Positions 11,717-23,589 of a DNA stretch of 64,000 nt are shown one piece after another (position 1 is the stretch's first letter; each line of letters begins with the position of its first letter). Below the pieces are notes generated by a model that had not been told where the DNA came from, searched no databases, and worked only from the letters and a program-made list of their open reading frames with translations. This DNA comes from Macrostomum lignano. Taxonomy: Eukaryota. Location of the stretch: the NCBI GenBank assembly GCA_002269645.1, contig NIVC01002328.1, positions 60,923 through 124,922 on the forward strand, given 5' to 3'. The translations under genes and the position numbers were made by a program.

Positions 11717-13716
11717 GGAACTCCGTTATGAATGCAGCGACTGTGGGATACAAGGTTTTCATAGAAACTTAACAATAGTTTGTAGAAATGTAGATCTTTC
11801 TCCTTTGTCGCTTAAATTAGTAGTTTAAATTCGTGCCAAAAAAGAAACACATTGTTATAAAACCATTTGGCTGAAGATAAGAATTGCACCTGCTGCGCTT
11901 ATTAGGTATTTGAATGAATTACATTGTAGTTCGAATTAAACTAACATTTCAGATTTCACAGGAACTTACCAAAAAATGCAATCAGTTTATTCAGCTCCGA
12001 ATGCAATCCGCAAAACACTACGAAAAACCGTTTTCATCTATAATTATCTGTAAAATAGATAGATCTGGCACATAGACAAGTAAGTCATTTTTAAAATTAG
12101 TGCGTCAAGAAAACTTTAACAGAAATATTGCTCTTGGAATTTGCAGTGTATATGTTACTTTTAGTAGCAAAAAGAGATCAGTTTATGATTTCTGGAAGTT
12201 GATTAATATTTAATTTCGGCTATGGAATGATTTAGGAATGCTGTACAGTTAGCATGTAAGCATGCTAGTATAGAGTTTTTTTCAAGATTTAAACATCCAA
12301 CGCAGAAAGTTCCTACTTAAGGCAATTGGATTTTTCTGCTTTGAATATTCGAATAGTTTTTTTGGTTTTGAAAATTCTCATTTTTAAAGGCTATTAGAAG
12401 ATTAGAAGTTGATAGTTGACTCGATGGTATCAATATATAAAAACATTTTGATACTATACCAATATTGAGAAGCACGCAAAGATCTATATCAGTTGCAGCA
12501 ACTGTCGAAGAAAAAATTAACTATAACTACAGGAAAAAAGAAGTTTCCAACTCAAATAAAACTGTGGGAACTCTCAATACAAGGTCAGTTTTTGTAGCCT
12601 CTCCAAAGAGACACATGTTATGTAATTCAAAACTGACTCTATAGGTGAAGCACCCCAGTGAAGCATGCATATCCATACAGTATGTTTGAGTCCTGTCATG
12701 AATTGCGCAATCGGTTTGCTTAATATTGCTTTGTCTCAGACTCAAACTTGGCTCGTATATCATATCAGCTACAGAGAGTATGCTGCTTGTTTGAGCTCTG
12801 AGTCATAACAGCAGACTGCATTGGTCTTTTCATAAAAGTTTGCCAACTGCCAACATTGGAAAATTGTAAAAGTTTAACTCAGACATCCAGAAACCAGCTA
12901 GCTATGTGATCAAATTTTCCCAGATCTCAGTCCCAAGTGCTGCATTTCCCGCCACTCCTGCGGTTCTCGTCTCAGCTCTTGGGTGATACAATTTATTAAT
13001 GAATTAAAGCTGTTGACAACTGGAAAATTTAACATGCTGTTGAGCGTACGGAGCTAATTAACACTTAGTCCTGCTCGTGCAAGTCTTTCATTTCCGTAGG
13101 ATTCCCCAACAAATCAACTTTGGGACCTTGTTGGTTAGTACGCTCGTAAATGGCCGGTTGCCATGCAGGGCATGCAAACCATGCTGCATATGGTTCAGTT
13201 TATATGCTTGAATAGACAGAGAGGTAAAGTCTGAATGCCAATAGAGATTAAAGTGGTCAGGCGTCAGTCAGTCGCGACAAGTTCGGACCAGAAGACAGAC
13301 GTGCAGTGGTGGATTTGCAGGGCAATACAGCGAATGATGAGACACTTTTTCAATCTGTCATCGTTGCAGGGTTGCAAGCTGGCAAGTCTGCGGGTTGTAG
13401 ACAGAACTGCATGGGGTGGGGTGTGTTAGCAGTAGGCTCACAATTCCACCAAGTTGCTAGGAAGGTATACAATCTCTGTGAGTATTTAAACATGCAGAAT
13501 TTACAAGCAGCACGCATAGAGGCACTCATATGAACGGCGGGATTCTTCAGAAAGCAGATTCAGGTCTACAATTATTGCCAGACGGACGTTAAACAGCCCC
13601 CAGTGTAAAATTAAGTCGATTGAGTAGATCTACCGAGATGTCTATATAGTTTCTACACTATATTTTGGTAGTTTAAATTTCGAACGTAAGGAAAAATAAG
13701 GCATGATGGTTTACAG

Positions 13717-14126
13717 CAGGGGTCGGCAAATTTCGACCAGCGGCCCGCAAAGCCTCTCTGTCCGGCCCTCGGATCCTTTGAAACTTCACAACAGCGATCC
13801 GGCAGCTCAATGTCTATATCTCTTCTCAGTGCTCTTCTCTCTAATCTCCTCTCTTGCTCTCTTCTCCTCTCCTCTCTTCTCTTCTGTCTCTCCTCACCTC
13901 TTCTCTTTCCTCTCTTCTCTCCTCTCTCCTCTCCTCTATTCTCTCCTCTAGCTCTCCTCTCCGATTCAACACTCGTTTCCTCTCTTCTCCTTTATTTTCT
14001 CGCCTCTCCTTTCTCCTATATTCCTTCTTTCTTTTCTATTACCTCTCTTCTCTCCCCTCATCCGGGCCGCAGTCATGCCCTAGTTTCTGCATCTGGCCCT
14101 TGAGGTAAAAAGTTTGCCGACCCCTG
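13717..14126. mobile_element. hAT-type MITE with internal CT-rich microsatellite
   Basis: Perfect 14-bp TIRs CAGGGGTCGGCAAA / TTTGCCGACCCCTG. Perfect 8-bp TSD GTTTACAG at 13709-13716 and 14127-14134. Confidence 0.9.
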
Positions 14127-16693
14127 GTTTACAGGGAAGTCTCCAAAACCATTAGGGCTACAAGGATCGAGAAGAAAGCGTCTTTGAAAGAGCCTTCATC
14201 ATCGCAAGTCAAGTTAGAAGTAGCTGAATGCTAAATGCTCACTTTTACTAACAGATAATACACCTGGAGGGGCTGTTGAGCATCAAGGCGTAACACCTTC
14301 GGCCACATATCGTTCCATAGCTGGCGATGATGCACCTCTGCCGATTCCTCTTGACGCAACCTATTGGGCACAGATCGCTCAGCCTCAACCTTAGCCTGTG
14401 CAAGCGCGGGCAACACACGCCATCAACGTGACAGGTCGAAATTCCCGCAACCTTATTTGGAAATAAGACCTCAACTACTGCAGCTATTCTGACGCCTTTC
14501 TTGACCTGATACTTTACAGTGGGTCTTATACGATGGTGTTTATGAAGTAATTCTCCAGGCCTATCTATAGCATTGGAAACGGGGTGAAATTATGGCAGAT
14601 GGGCAGGATAATGCCTTCTATATAGGTCAGCTGAGGTCATGGTAACTTTACACGCCCTCTATTCGAACGCTTGTTGTAAATCTTTCTCTATTTTATCTAT
14701 GCAGGATGTGGGGGCGATTATGAATTATCACTCGCAGAAAAAGCACATGTCATTAGTTTCGCCCTATGGAATGCAGTGAATTGGTAATTCGAGATGGGCG
14801 TACGGCTTATCGACTTTTTACAACTCGGTGTAACATGGCCTGGATCGCGCGGGTGCTCCAGATTTGAACCCAAATGCGGACACAGGCAGCTTAACACAGG
14901 AGCCCCGGAGACCTGCACTTAAGCTATTAAATTTTATTAAGCTATAACCCAAGGGTTTATCATAACTGATTCCCCTCTAAGAAAGAGGAAGGAAATGCAC
15001 CAAGATTAAACTGAACTGCACGCAAATGTATAGGCCTAGTCAGACACTGGGTATGATATATATGGCTACAGTTGCTTGATGAAGATATAGTTGAGTCACC
15101 GAAACTGAGAGGCAGGTCGCTTGTAGGTAGGCAGATTATACAATCCATACGAGTATTGCATGCAATTCAGAATACTATAGCATTAGTGCGTGTGGCAGTG
15201 CAATCATAGCAGTTATGGCACTGCTGCAACTGGCACCATTTGCCGCCGTCGGGGAACCGTAAAAATCGCTGCTGTGTAATCAATAAACAGGGATTTTTCA
15301 CTCTCTCTCTTCTCCTTTAACCCCGTTCTCTATTCCCCTGTTTCTATTCCAGCTCCAGTTCTCCCCTTCCCCTTGTGTCGCTCCTCCTCGATACCCTAAA
15401 ATCCCCCAATGGTTCCCCAACTCCCCGGGGGGATGTGGACTTGGATTCTATATATTCTATACGGATATACCTACGAGTAGTGCAGGTCAGGAAGCAAGTC
15501 CCCATAATTTCCTGTGTTTCCCCGGTGCCACAACCAGCTGTCCAAGTCAAAATTGCACTGCAATGCTGATTATACAGTTCCTTACCTCAACTATATAGAT
15601 ATAGATCGGGCTTCACTTGATAGAAAAAGCATCTAACAGTCGGTGGGGGGTCAGCTACATGCGCCCCCCCCCCCAGCGAAGCCTCTCTTTCCGGCCCTTG
15701 GGACCTTGGAAACTTTACCATAGCAAATCCAGCCCACTCAATGTTTGTGTCTCTACCTCTTTCTCATCTCTCATCAAATCTCCTCCTTCCCCTATGATCT
15801 GGCCCTCGAGAAAAAAAAGTTTTCCAACCCCCCAGGCCCTGAAATATTTTGTTTAAATAATCTAACGGTTTCTTTCTTTGTAGTTTCCTTCTAAAATCAA
15901 ATTAGCTAAATGTGAAATAGTGCCCACCCGAACCTGTAAGACTTGGAAGCCTGCCGGCCCGGCCGTGACTACGCACGTTTTAATCTATCTTTTGCCATCT
16001 AAAACTGCAACTACATAATTCCCAGCAGGCTGTGGCATGCTGCCATTCATCTTGTAGTTTGTTTGCATCGTGAAACTACAAGTATTAAGCTTAAGCTTAC
16101 GTTTTTGGTAGAAAATGCAATACCACCAGGCTATAATAGGATCAAGAGGTGAATTATCCGTCTGACAGGACCAGGCTGATACAGGCAATGCTAGCAAGCA
16201 AATTTTGAAGCAGATTAAGTTGAGGAAGGATGGACCGGCCTTGCGGTGAGCGGGGCATGCAAATACTGGGGCTCTTGTGAGGCTGCCCTCTCTCTCACTT
16301 TCAAAAAAATGTACATACCATACAGCCCCAACTCCCCAGGGTCCACCGACCCCACCCCAACCCCTGCTGCCACTCAGCGGCGCGCCTTGGACCGACCGTG
16401 CAACCCCCCACCCCACCACCCCACCACCCCACCACCCCCACTACCCCTGGGGGCAGAGCTTTCAACACACTGCAGTCCAACGTGAATCCCCCCCAAACCA
16501 ACCCCTAAAACAACCCAACCCCTACTACAGACAGAGAAACGAAGGAACGCGGGGTTAGCTGGAGGGTAGAAAAAGAGGTCTCAGGAAAGAGCGACAGTAA
16601 AATCTTCCTTTTAAATTATACTAGCGTCTCTCGATTGAGCACGCCTGGTAAAAGAGACTGCAAGAAAGGGCAATTATTGTTTGGCAACTATCA

Positions 16694-19102
16694 ATGACCG
16701 CCTTGTCACAACTGCTACTGCTTCAAGTGCTGACAGTGTCTGCAATGGTGGCAGGCCTGCAGCAGCACTACCCGAAGCCGGAGTGCGACTGTTTTATCCG
16801 CCAGCCGCAAAGGCTGTCGAGCCTGCGGCAGCACTATCTGCAGCAGCAGGTCGGGGGTGAGTTGTTCTGCCAGAACAGCCACGCCTCGCCTCTGCCGTAT
16901 CCGCATCAGCAGCAGCCGCTTAGAGGCGCCAATTTTTATTGCGCCGACTACAAACTGCGCGCCGAGAACTTTGGAATCGGTGCTATCGAAGGCCAATTGT
17001 TGAAAACTCTGGCAGTTTCCACGCATATTCAACAGGTTGAACTAACCGGAAATCGGCTGTCGCTGCTCACCCAGGCCCACTTTGCCTCGGTGCCGAATCT
17101 GCGGCGACTGAGTTTGAATCGCAACGCGATTCGCGAATTAAATTATCACGCATTCAACGGCTTGCACCGCCTGTTCTACTTGGACTTGGACGACAACCGG
17201 CTCATAGAGATCACGCCAATGACATTTGGCACCACGACTGTGCACTCGACTGGGCATCGGTGCAATCTCAGGTCTTTGGTCTACCTGTATCTAGCTAATA
17301 ATCAGATTGAACACATCGAGCCGAAAAGCTTCGAGTGCATGACCAACCTGCGCGAGCTCAACCTGCAGAAGAACATCATCAAGATGCTGCCAGACCGAGC
17401 CTTCTTCAACCTGCTCTCGCTGAACACGCTGAAACTTTACGACAACCAGATTAGCGAAATCCACGAGCTTGCCTTCACCGAATGCTGCGGCTTGATCCGC
17501 TACCTGAGCCTGGTGGACAACAGGCTGTCCGACTTGCCGCACAACACCTTGAAGACGATGGAAAACCTCACCAGCCTGTACCTGGACCGCAACCAGTTCG
17601 TCCACGTGCCAAATTACCTGCTATCTACCATCGACAGTCACCAGCGCAGCGCCTCGTCGAAGATCTCCGACTTCCATCTGCAGCGCAATCACATCGTGCA
17701 GATTAGTCGGAAAGATTTCCAAGGCGCCGGGAAAGTTGAGTCAGTCAATCTATTCGATAACAGCATTCAGCGCATCGAGGACTACAGCTTCTCCAGCCTG
17801 AGCTATACCGTTAATCTCGTGTTGCAGAAGAACGAAATTCGAAGCGTAACCAATCGAACATTTTCTGGCCTAGTCCGGCTCCGCTATCTGATCCTGACGG
17901 ACAACCGGTTGGAGCACATCGACGACTGCGCGTTCAGTCCGTTGATCCGACTGGACACCCTGTCTCTGGCCTCCAACCGGCTCACAGGTGTGCGCCGGCT
18001 CATGTTCAAGAACCTCAACTATACGTTCTCGCTAAATCTAGCTTCGAACTACATCAACCAGCTGCAAGGAGACGAGTTCAGTCTGCTGCCTGGACTCAAA
18101 TATTTGTACTTGGAGAAGAACTCGCTAACTCACCTGCGCAAAAACTATTTTCAAGGCCTCGCCGGATTGCGCAAGCTCGACCTGAGCGACAATCGAATTC
18201 GAACTATCGATCCGTTAACATTCGGCAAACTGGACCAGCTGGCGTTTCTCGACCTGAGCGGCAATCTCCTGACGTCAGTGTGCTCCTACGAGCTGCACGG
18301 CTTGTCCAGTTTGCACTCGCTGCTGCTTGGCAAGAACCAAATTGCCAGCTTTGATCCGGACGCTCTAGACCAGCTGGCTGACTCGCTGAACCTGCTGGAC
18401 CTGCACGACAACCGCCTGACTGAGTTCTCCACTGGCTACACTAAGCCCGGGATGAGTCTGGTCTACTTGGACTTGAGCAGCAACCGGCTGATATTGGACG
18501 ACGATTGCACTTTCTGCGGCTTCGACTCTGTCCGACACGCACACATCGGCGTGGCTACGCGGAGCGGCGACAACGGCACGAGTGTCGATTTCCGGTTGAA
18601 CTCGGCTCGACTGCCCGGCCTTGGCGGCGGCGGGCCGTCCGGCCTTCTCGACCTGACCGTGAACGGCGTCTCCAGCCGCAACAGTTGGTCTGGGCCGTGC
18701 AGGCCGGGGGCCGTTTCCGGGTGTCGCGAGGTTCGGGCTAGCCGAATCCAGACCGCCAGGAACCTCGCCTGCGCCGGCGGCGGCAGCGGCAGCTCCGATG
18801 TAAACAGCAACGGAAGATCCAACGGGAAATCTGGCCATGACGGCTCCCACTCGGGCGTGACGCTCAGCCACGTCGTGCTGTACGTGTCTATCCCGGTGCT
18901 GCTGCTCCTCCTGGCTGCCGCCGCAATCGTTCTCGGCTTCTGCGTGGCCTCGAGGCGGAAGAGCGCACTCAGGCGGAGACAATTTCAACAGCGACACATC
19001 TGGGAGCCGGACTCGAACCTGCTCGAGCTGAACGTTGAGCAGTCATCCAGCATGTCTGAGATGCCCAAGTTCAGCAATAAAATCTATGGAAATCTGTTGT
19101 GA
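16694..19102 (+). CDS. Single-pass leucine-rich-repeat receptor or adhesion protein, 802 aa, no TIR domain
   Basis: Intronless ORF. Signal peptide, Cys LRR-NT (ECDC...FC), 20 counted LxxLxLxxNxL repeats, degenerate Cys-containing cap, TM VVLYVSIPVLLLLLAAAAIVLGFCVA, basic stop-transfer segment, and a tail of about 45 aa ending IYGNLL. Confidence 0.92.
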   Translation: MTALSQLLLLQVLTVSAMVAGLQQHYPKPECDCFIRQPQRLSSLRQHYLQQQVGGELFCQNSHASPLPYPHQQQPLRGANFYCADYKLRAENFGIGAIEGQLLKTLAVSTHIQQVELTGNRLSLLTQAHFASVPNLRRLSLNRNAIRELNYHAFNGLHRLFYLDLDDNRLIEITPMTFGTTTVHSTGHRCNLRSLVYLYLANNQIEHIEPKSFECMTNLRELNLQKNIIKMLPDRAFFNLLSLNTLKLYDNQISEIHELAFTECCGLIRYLSLVDNRLSDLPHNTLKTMENLTSLYLDRNQFVHVPNYLLSTIDSHQRSASSKISDFHLQRNHIVQISRKDFQGAGKVESVNLFDNSIQRIEDYSFSSLSYTVNLVLQKNEIRSVTNRTFSGLVRLRYLILTDNRLEHIDDCAFSPLIRLDTLSLASNRLTGVRRLMFKNLNYTFSLNLASNYINQLQGDEFSLLPGLKYLYLEKNSLTHLRKNYFQGLAGLRKLDLSDNRIRTIDPLTFGKLDQLAFLDLSGNLLTSVCSYELHGLSSLHSLLLGKNQIASFDPDALDQLADSLNLLDLHDNRLTEFSTGYTKPGMSLVYLDLSSNRLILDDDCTFCGFDSVRHAHIGVATRSGDNGTSVDFRLNSARLPGLGGGGPSGLLDLTVNGVSSRNSWSGPCRPGAVSGCREVRASRIQTARNLACAGGGSGSSDVNSNGRSNGKSGHDGSHSGVTLSHVVLYVSIPVLLLLLAAAAIVLGFCVASRRKSALRRRQFQQRHIWEPDSNLLELNVEQSSSMSEMPKFSNKIYGNLL

Positions 19103-19834
19103 ATTTCCAACTGGCGCGCCAAGCAACAAGAGTTGTACAGAAATGCTTGGTGCATATGCAACTATCAGTTTTAATTAATTACTTAATGCTTCATCGCAAT
19201 TTGAAATTGATTACCAACTATCAGTATGATCTCAGCGAAGCTGTCACTGTTTTTTACTTACAATCGTTTAGTTGGCCTCGATCCATTTCACAATAAAAAT
19301 CCACATAGTTCAACATTAAGCTGTAATCCCCATAGCCTCGCTACCTCTGAAAGTTTTGTTCTACTCGTGTCATGAATGAGTCAGGATGACATGCCAACCG
19401 ATTGATTTTTTTCAGTTTTGTCTGCCTGTCACGGTTTCTTTTTGTCTTGAAAGTGTCTAAAAGCGTTTTCCTATTTGTCAATCAATATTTTGTACCAGTT
19501 GGCCTGTTCTCCCATAGGATGAATGAGGGTTCACTCTCTGTGCAGTGAATATTGTACTTAGTACAGATGTCTGCATTGCATTGCAAAGATTGCATCAACA
19601 GCTTATTGTACAAACTGATTCAAGCTCAATAAAAATTCAACTGTACAATGCGCTACACTGGCCTGAGCTGTCCTATCGAATATTTTGTATCTGTCTTTAG
19701 CTCAATGAGAAAGTTACAAAATAGGAGCTGAGCTACAAATTTTTGTAGTATGAGATCAGAAGGCAGATTGAGGTGCCGGTAGATATAATTTGAAAAGTTA
19801 AAAGTTAAAATTAGGTTAGGAGACTCAGTGGGGG

Positions 19835-20835
19835 AGAGCGGAGAGGCAGATTCAGTCAGAGAGCAGAGAGGCAGATTCAGTCAGAGAGTGGAGAGGCAGA
19901 TTCAGTCAGATAGCGGAGAGGCAGATTCAGTCAGAGAGCGGAGAGGCAGATTCAGTCAGAGAGAGCGGAGAGGCAGATTCAGTCAGAGAGTGGAGAGGCA
20001 GATTCAGTCAGATAGCGGAGAGGCAGATTCAGTCAGAGAGCGGAGAGGCAGATTCAGTCAGAGAGCGGAGAGGCAGATTCAGTCAGAGAGCGGAGAGGCA
20101 GATTCAGTCAGAGAGCGGAGAGGCAAATTCAGCCAGAGCGGACAGGCAGATTCAGCCAGAGCGGAGAGGCAGATTCAGTCAGAGAGGAGAGGCAGATTCA
20201 GTCAGAGAGGAGAGGCAGATTCAGTCAGAGCGGAGAGGCAGATTCAGTCAGAGAGGAGAGGCAGATTCAGTCAGAGCGGAGAGGCAGATTCAGCCAGAGC
20301 GGAGAGGCAGATTCAGCCAGAGCGGAGAGGCAGATTCAGTCAGAGCGGAGAGGCGGAGCGGAGAGGCAGATTCAGTCAGAGAGCGGAGAGGCAGATTCAG
20401 TCAGAGCGGAGAGGCAGATTCAGTCGGAGCGGAGAGGCAGACTCAGCCAGAGCGGAGAGGCAGATTCAGCCAGAGCGGAGAGGCAGATTCAGCCAGAGCG
20501 GAGAGGCAGATTCAGCCAGAGCAGAGAGGCAGATTCAGTCAGAGCGGACAGGCAGATTCAGCCAGAGCGGAGAGGCAGATTCAGTCAGAGCGGAGAGGCA
20601 GATTCAGCCAGAGCGGAGAGGCAGATTTAGCCAGAGCGGAGAGGCAGATTCAGCCAGAGCGGAGAGGCAGATTCAGCCAGAGCGGAGAGGCAGATTCAGT
20701 CAGAGCGGAGAGGCAGATTCAGTCAGAGCGGAGAGGCAGATTCAGTCAGAGCGGAGAGGCAGATTCAGCCAGAGCGGAGAGGCAGATTCAGTCAGAGCGG
20801 AGAGGCAGATTCAGCCAGAGCGGAGAGGCAGACTC
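19835..20835. repeat. 23-25 bp purine-rich minisatellite
   Basis: GAGCGGAGAGGCAGATTCAGTCA variants. Confidence 0.97.
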
Positions 20836-21164
20836 AGAGTCAAGAGAGAACTTCAATCATTTTATTTAAAAAAACTAAGAAAGCCTCAGCCAGCTAGGCG
20901 GCTTAATTTCTTGTTAACTTTATTTCCTCAGAATTTATTCTTTGCAAAGTTCCGCTTGACCGACATTTTAGCCGTTTATTTGCTGCAGCAAAAAAGTATT
21001 TATTGATTTTATAATTATTTTACAATCTAAAAGACATCCATGCAATTTATCGTATACAGCGTTTGGTATAAGATTTATCCTTAGTGTAATGTGACAGCAT
21101 GCGTGTACCAAGTAATCCAAGCAGTTAATCCAAGTATGACAAAAAGAGCAAATTTGGCATTAGC

Positions 21165-23589
21165 TTAAGCCAGTCCAGTGATGCCAGACTTGCGGAATAT
21201 TTCTTTCAATTCACCGCTCTCGTGAAATCTTTTGATCTCCAACTCGCCTCCGATGTGCCGGCCGTCAACGAACAGGTGAGGGACCTGTTTGAATTGGGAT
21301 TTGGGATTGATCAGTTGAGCTGTAATTCACTTGGAATTTGAAGTAGTTGCTAAGGGGTGTAGTTTTGGGTTTTGGTGAGCCTGTTTGCGGGGTAGTTTTG
21401 GCTGTTGGTGGAGTAGTTTCGGCTCTTGGTGGGGTACATGTAGTTTCGGCTGTTTTAGAGCAGTTTCGGTTGTAGGTGGGGTAGTTTCGACTGTAGGTGG
21501 GGTAGTTTCGGCTGTAGGTGGGGTAGTTTCGGCTGTAGGTGGGGTAGTTTCGGCTGTAGGTGGGGTAGTTTCGGCTGTAGGTGGGGTAGTTTCGGCTGTA
21601 GGTGGGGTAGTTTCGGCTGTAGGTGGGGTAGTTTCGGCTGTAGGTAGGGTAGTTTCGGCTGTAGGTGGGGTAGTTTCGGCTGTAGGTGGGGTAGTTTCGG
21701 CTGTAGGTGGGGTAGTTTCGGCTGCAGGTGGGGTAGTTTCGGCTGTAGGTGGGGTAGTTTCGGCTGTAGGTGGGGTAGTTTCGGCTGTAGGTGGGGTAGT
21801 TTCGGCTGCAGGTGGGGTAGTTTCGGCTCTAGGTGGGGTAGTTTCGGCTGCAGGTGGGGTAGTTTCGGCCCTTGATGTGGGCAGTTTCATTTTTTATTGC
21901 GCTTCAAAAGTATACAGTACTGTATATAGTGTAGGGGTCTACTTTCGCCTATCATCGTGGCAGACAGGCAGACCAGGCCCATGCAGCTGCAGTTTACAGC
22001 AGCACATCGCTTGCAGTCGACCTACCGCAAATGCGTCTTCTGCATCTTTAACCCAATTGTGTGTTTGGCTTTATGCAAAAGCAGAAAAGTTTCTCCTTCA
22101 ATACAAATTGCAGGGATGCTGCAGCGTATGCAAGCAACAACGCGCAGCAGCTGCTGACAGAACCCCCCCCCCATCGGTGAAGAAGGCGCTCGGGTGGGGG
22201 GGGGGTTACGGCTCTGTCGAAGCAGAAATTCGCAAATCGGAAACTTTATAAGAATAAAAGAAAAAAGCTATTTTTGTTGCAGAGAAGTGCGCTGGCTCTG
22301 CATGTCACTGTGCTACTCCGTAGACATTCTTGTTTGCTTGTTTGCTGCGGAAACAGCTGTTGCTGCTTTCGTCTCCCTCTCTCTCTCCCTCTCTCTCTTC
22401 GCATCTTTGACTTATTGTGAACTGGAAACGGGACAAGACGATCAGGAAAAAAAAGTTTGTAACTAAAAAAATGGGCCTTTGCGGACGAACGAATTGTACT
22501 TTTTATATAACAATAAGTGCATACATTGTTTGAAAATGGTGCGTTACGATTTTAGTATGGAAACCCTGGTATGGCTCGTAAAAAACTTTCATTTCATTTG
22601 AGCGGGGCGCCATTTTGTTTGAACGTGGCGCCAATGCATTCAAGCGGGGGAGCCATCTCATTTGAATTTATTTGTGATATTCCATCAAATTTTTCTGTTT
22701 ATATTGAGTCTCAAAAAGGTACTGATTCAGCAAGGTCACGGGCATGAAGTGCGCTGAAATAAAAACAGCCTTAAGACTTGGGATTTACAATCCTAAATAG
22801 AACTGGCAGTTGCGGTTTTACTGGCTTTCCTACTGCGAAATTGCGTCCCTCGCGGGGGGGGGGGGGCTCGGGCAATGGGCCTGCATTGCATCCACAGCTG
22901 CCCTCTCAATGCTGGACTAGAGGCCGAAGCCCCAGACAGAGCGGCGTCCTACCACACGTTTTATTTGCTTAACTTTGTATAATATAAAATATAAATGCTA
23001 AGCATCAAGTTTACAGTACTGCGTGACAAATGTAGCAAAAAATTTCTATTTCTCGTATTTACTGTAAGCTATAATAACTTGATATTTAAATATGCTACTT
23101 TTAGTAGGCTATTAAGAAAGGGGAAGCCCACCTACACAGGGGTGTCCCCATGGATTTGATGGTGGAGGTGGGAGACTAACCAAAAATCATCGACGAAAAA
23201 TCCCCCCCCCCCTATTACGCTCGTATTTAGGGATCAGTGTTGTTATTACTGCATGATTTTTGGCACTGCAGACAATCATTTTGGCGCCACAGGTGCTCAG
23301 GCCATTAATTTAGCGCCGCATATACCGGTACTCCTGAGCATACATGTAAAATCTGACTTACTTCTCTCCTATCAAACAGCGTCTTAGTGAGGAGATAGTC
23401 TTCCAGCTGCGAACAGTCGGTCCTGGCCTCGATGTTGACAGTTTCGAATACACCCTGGCGATCTTTATTGAGCCCGTACGATTCCAGAATAACTCGGCAC
23501 TGCTTGCACGATGGTACTGAGGATTTTTCGAAGAGAACAACCTTTCTGTGGCGGATCTTTTTCTCGACATAGCCCTGCGTGTAGGTCAT
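21165..23589 (-). CDS. Glutaredoxin-1-like protein, atypical active site, 115 aa
   Basis: Exons 23362-23589 (GAA|gtaagt) and 21165-21284 (aaacag|GTC) join in frame: MTYTQGYVEKKIRHRKVVLFEKSSVPSCKQC...REVPHLFVDGRHIGGELEIKRFHESGELKEIFRKSGITGLA. It has the Grx VP and GG motifs and the SGEL tail. Exon 2 is absent from the ORF track. Confidence 0.85.
21410..21870. repeat. 21-bp intronic minisatellite
   Basis: GTAGTTTCGGCTGTAGGTGGG, inside the glutaredoxin intron. Confidence 0.95.
23137..23322. mobile_element. Truncated inverted copy of the MITE family at 33172-33549
   Basis: CAGGGGTGTCCCCATGGATTT resembles the reverse complement of the 33549 end. TTTTGGCGCCACAGGTGCTCA and ATTTAGCGCCGCA resemble the reverse complement of that element's internal repeats. 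Confidence 0.5.

Noticed and set aside
14230-14520. Cys-rich open frame on the minus strand (...TCHVDGVCCP...RCIIC)
   Set aside because: No start codon, splice support or recognisable domain. Possibly decayed TE sequence.
19828-21006. 392-aa R/S/G/E-rich ORF
   Set aside because: Read-through of a 23-25 bp minisatellite, with frame-dependent peptide switching and no ATG.
21327-21890. Mucin-like (AETTPPT)n ORF
   Set aside because: The 21-bp unit keeps frame trivially, variants are non-synonymous, there is no signal peptide or good splice site, and it lies in the glutaredoxin intron.
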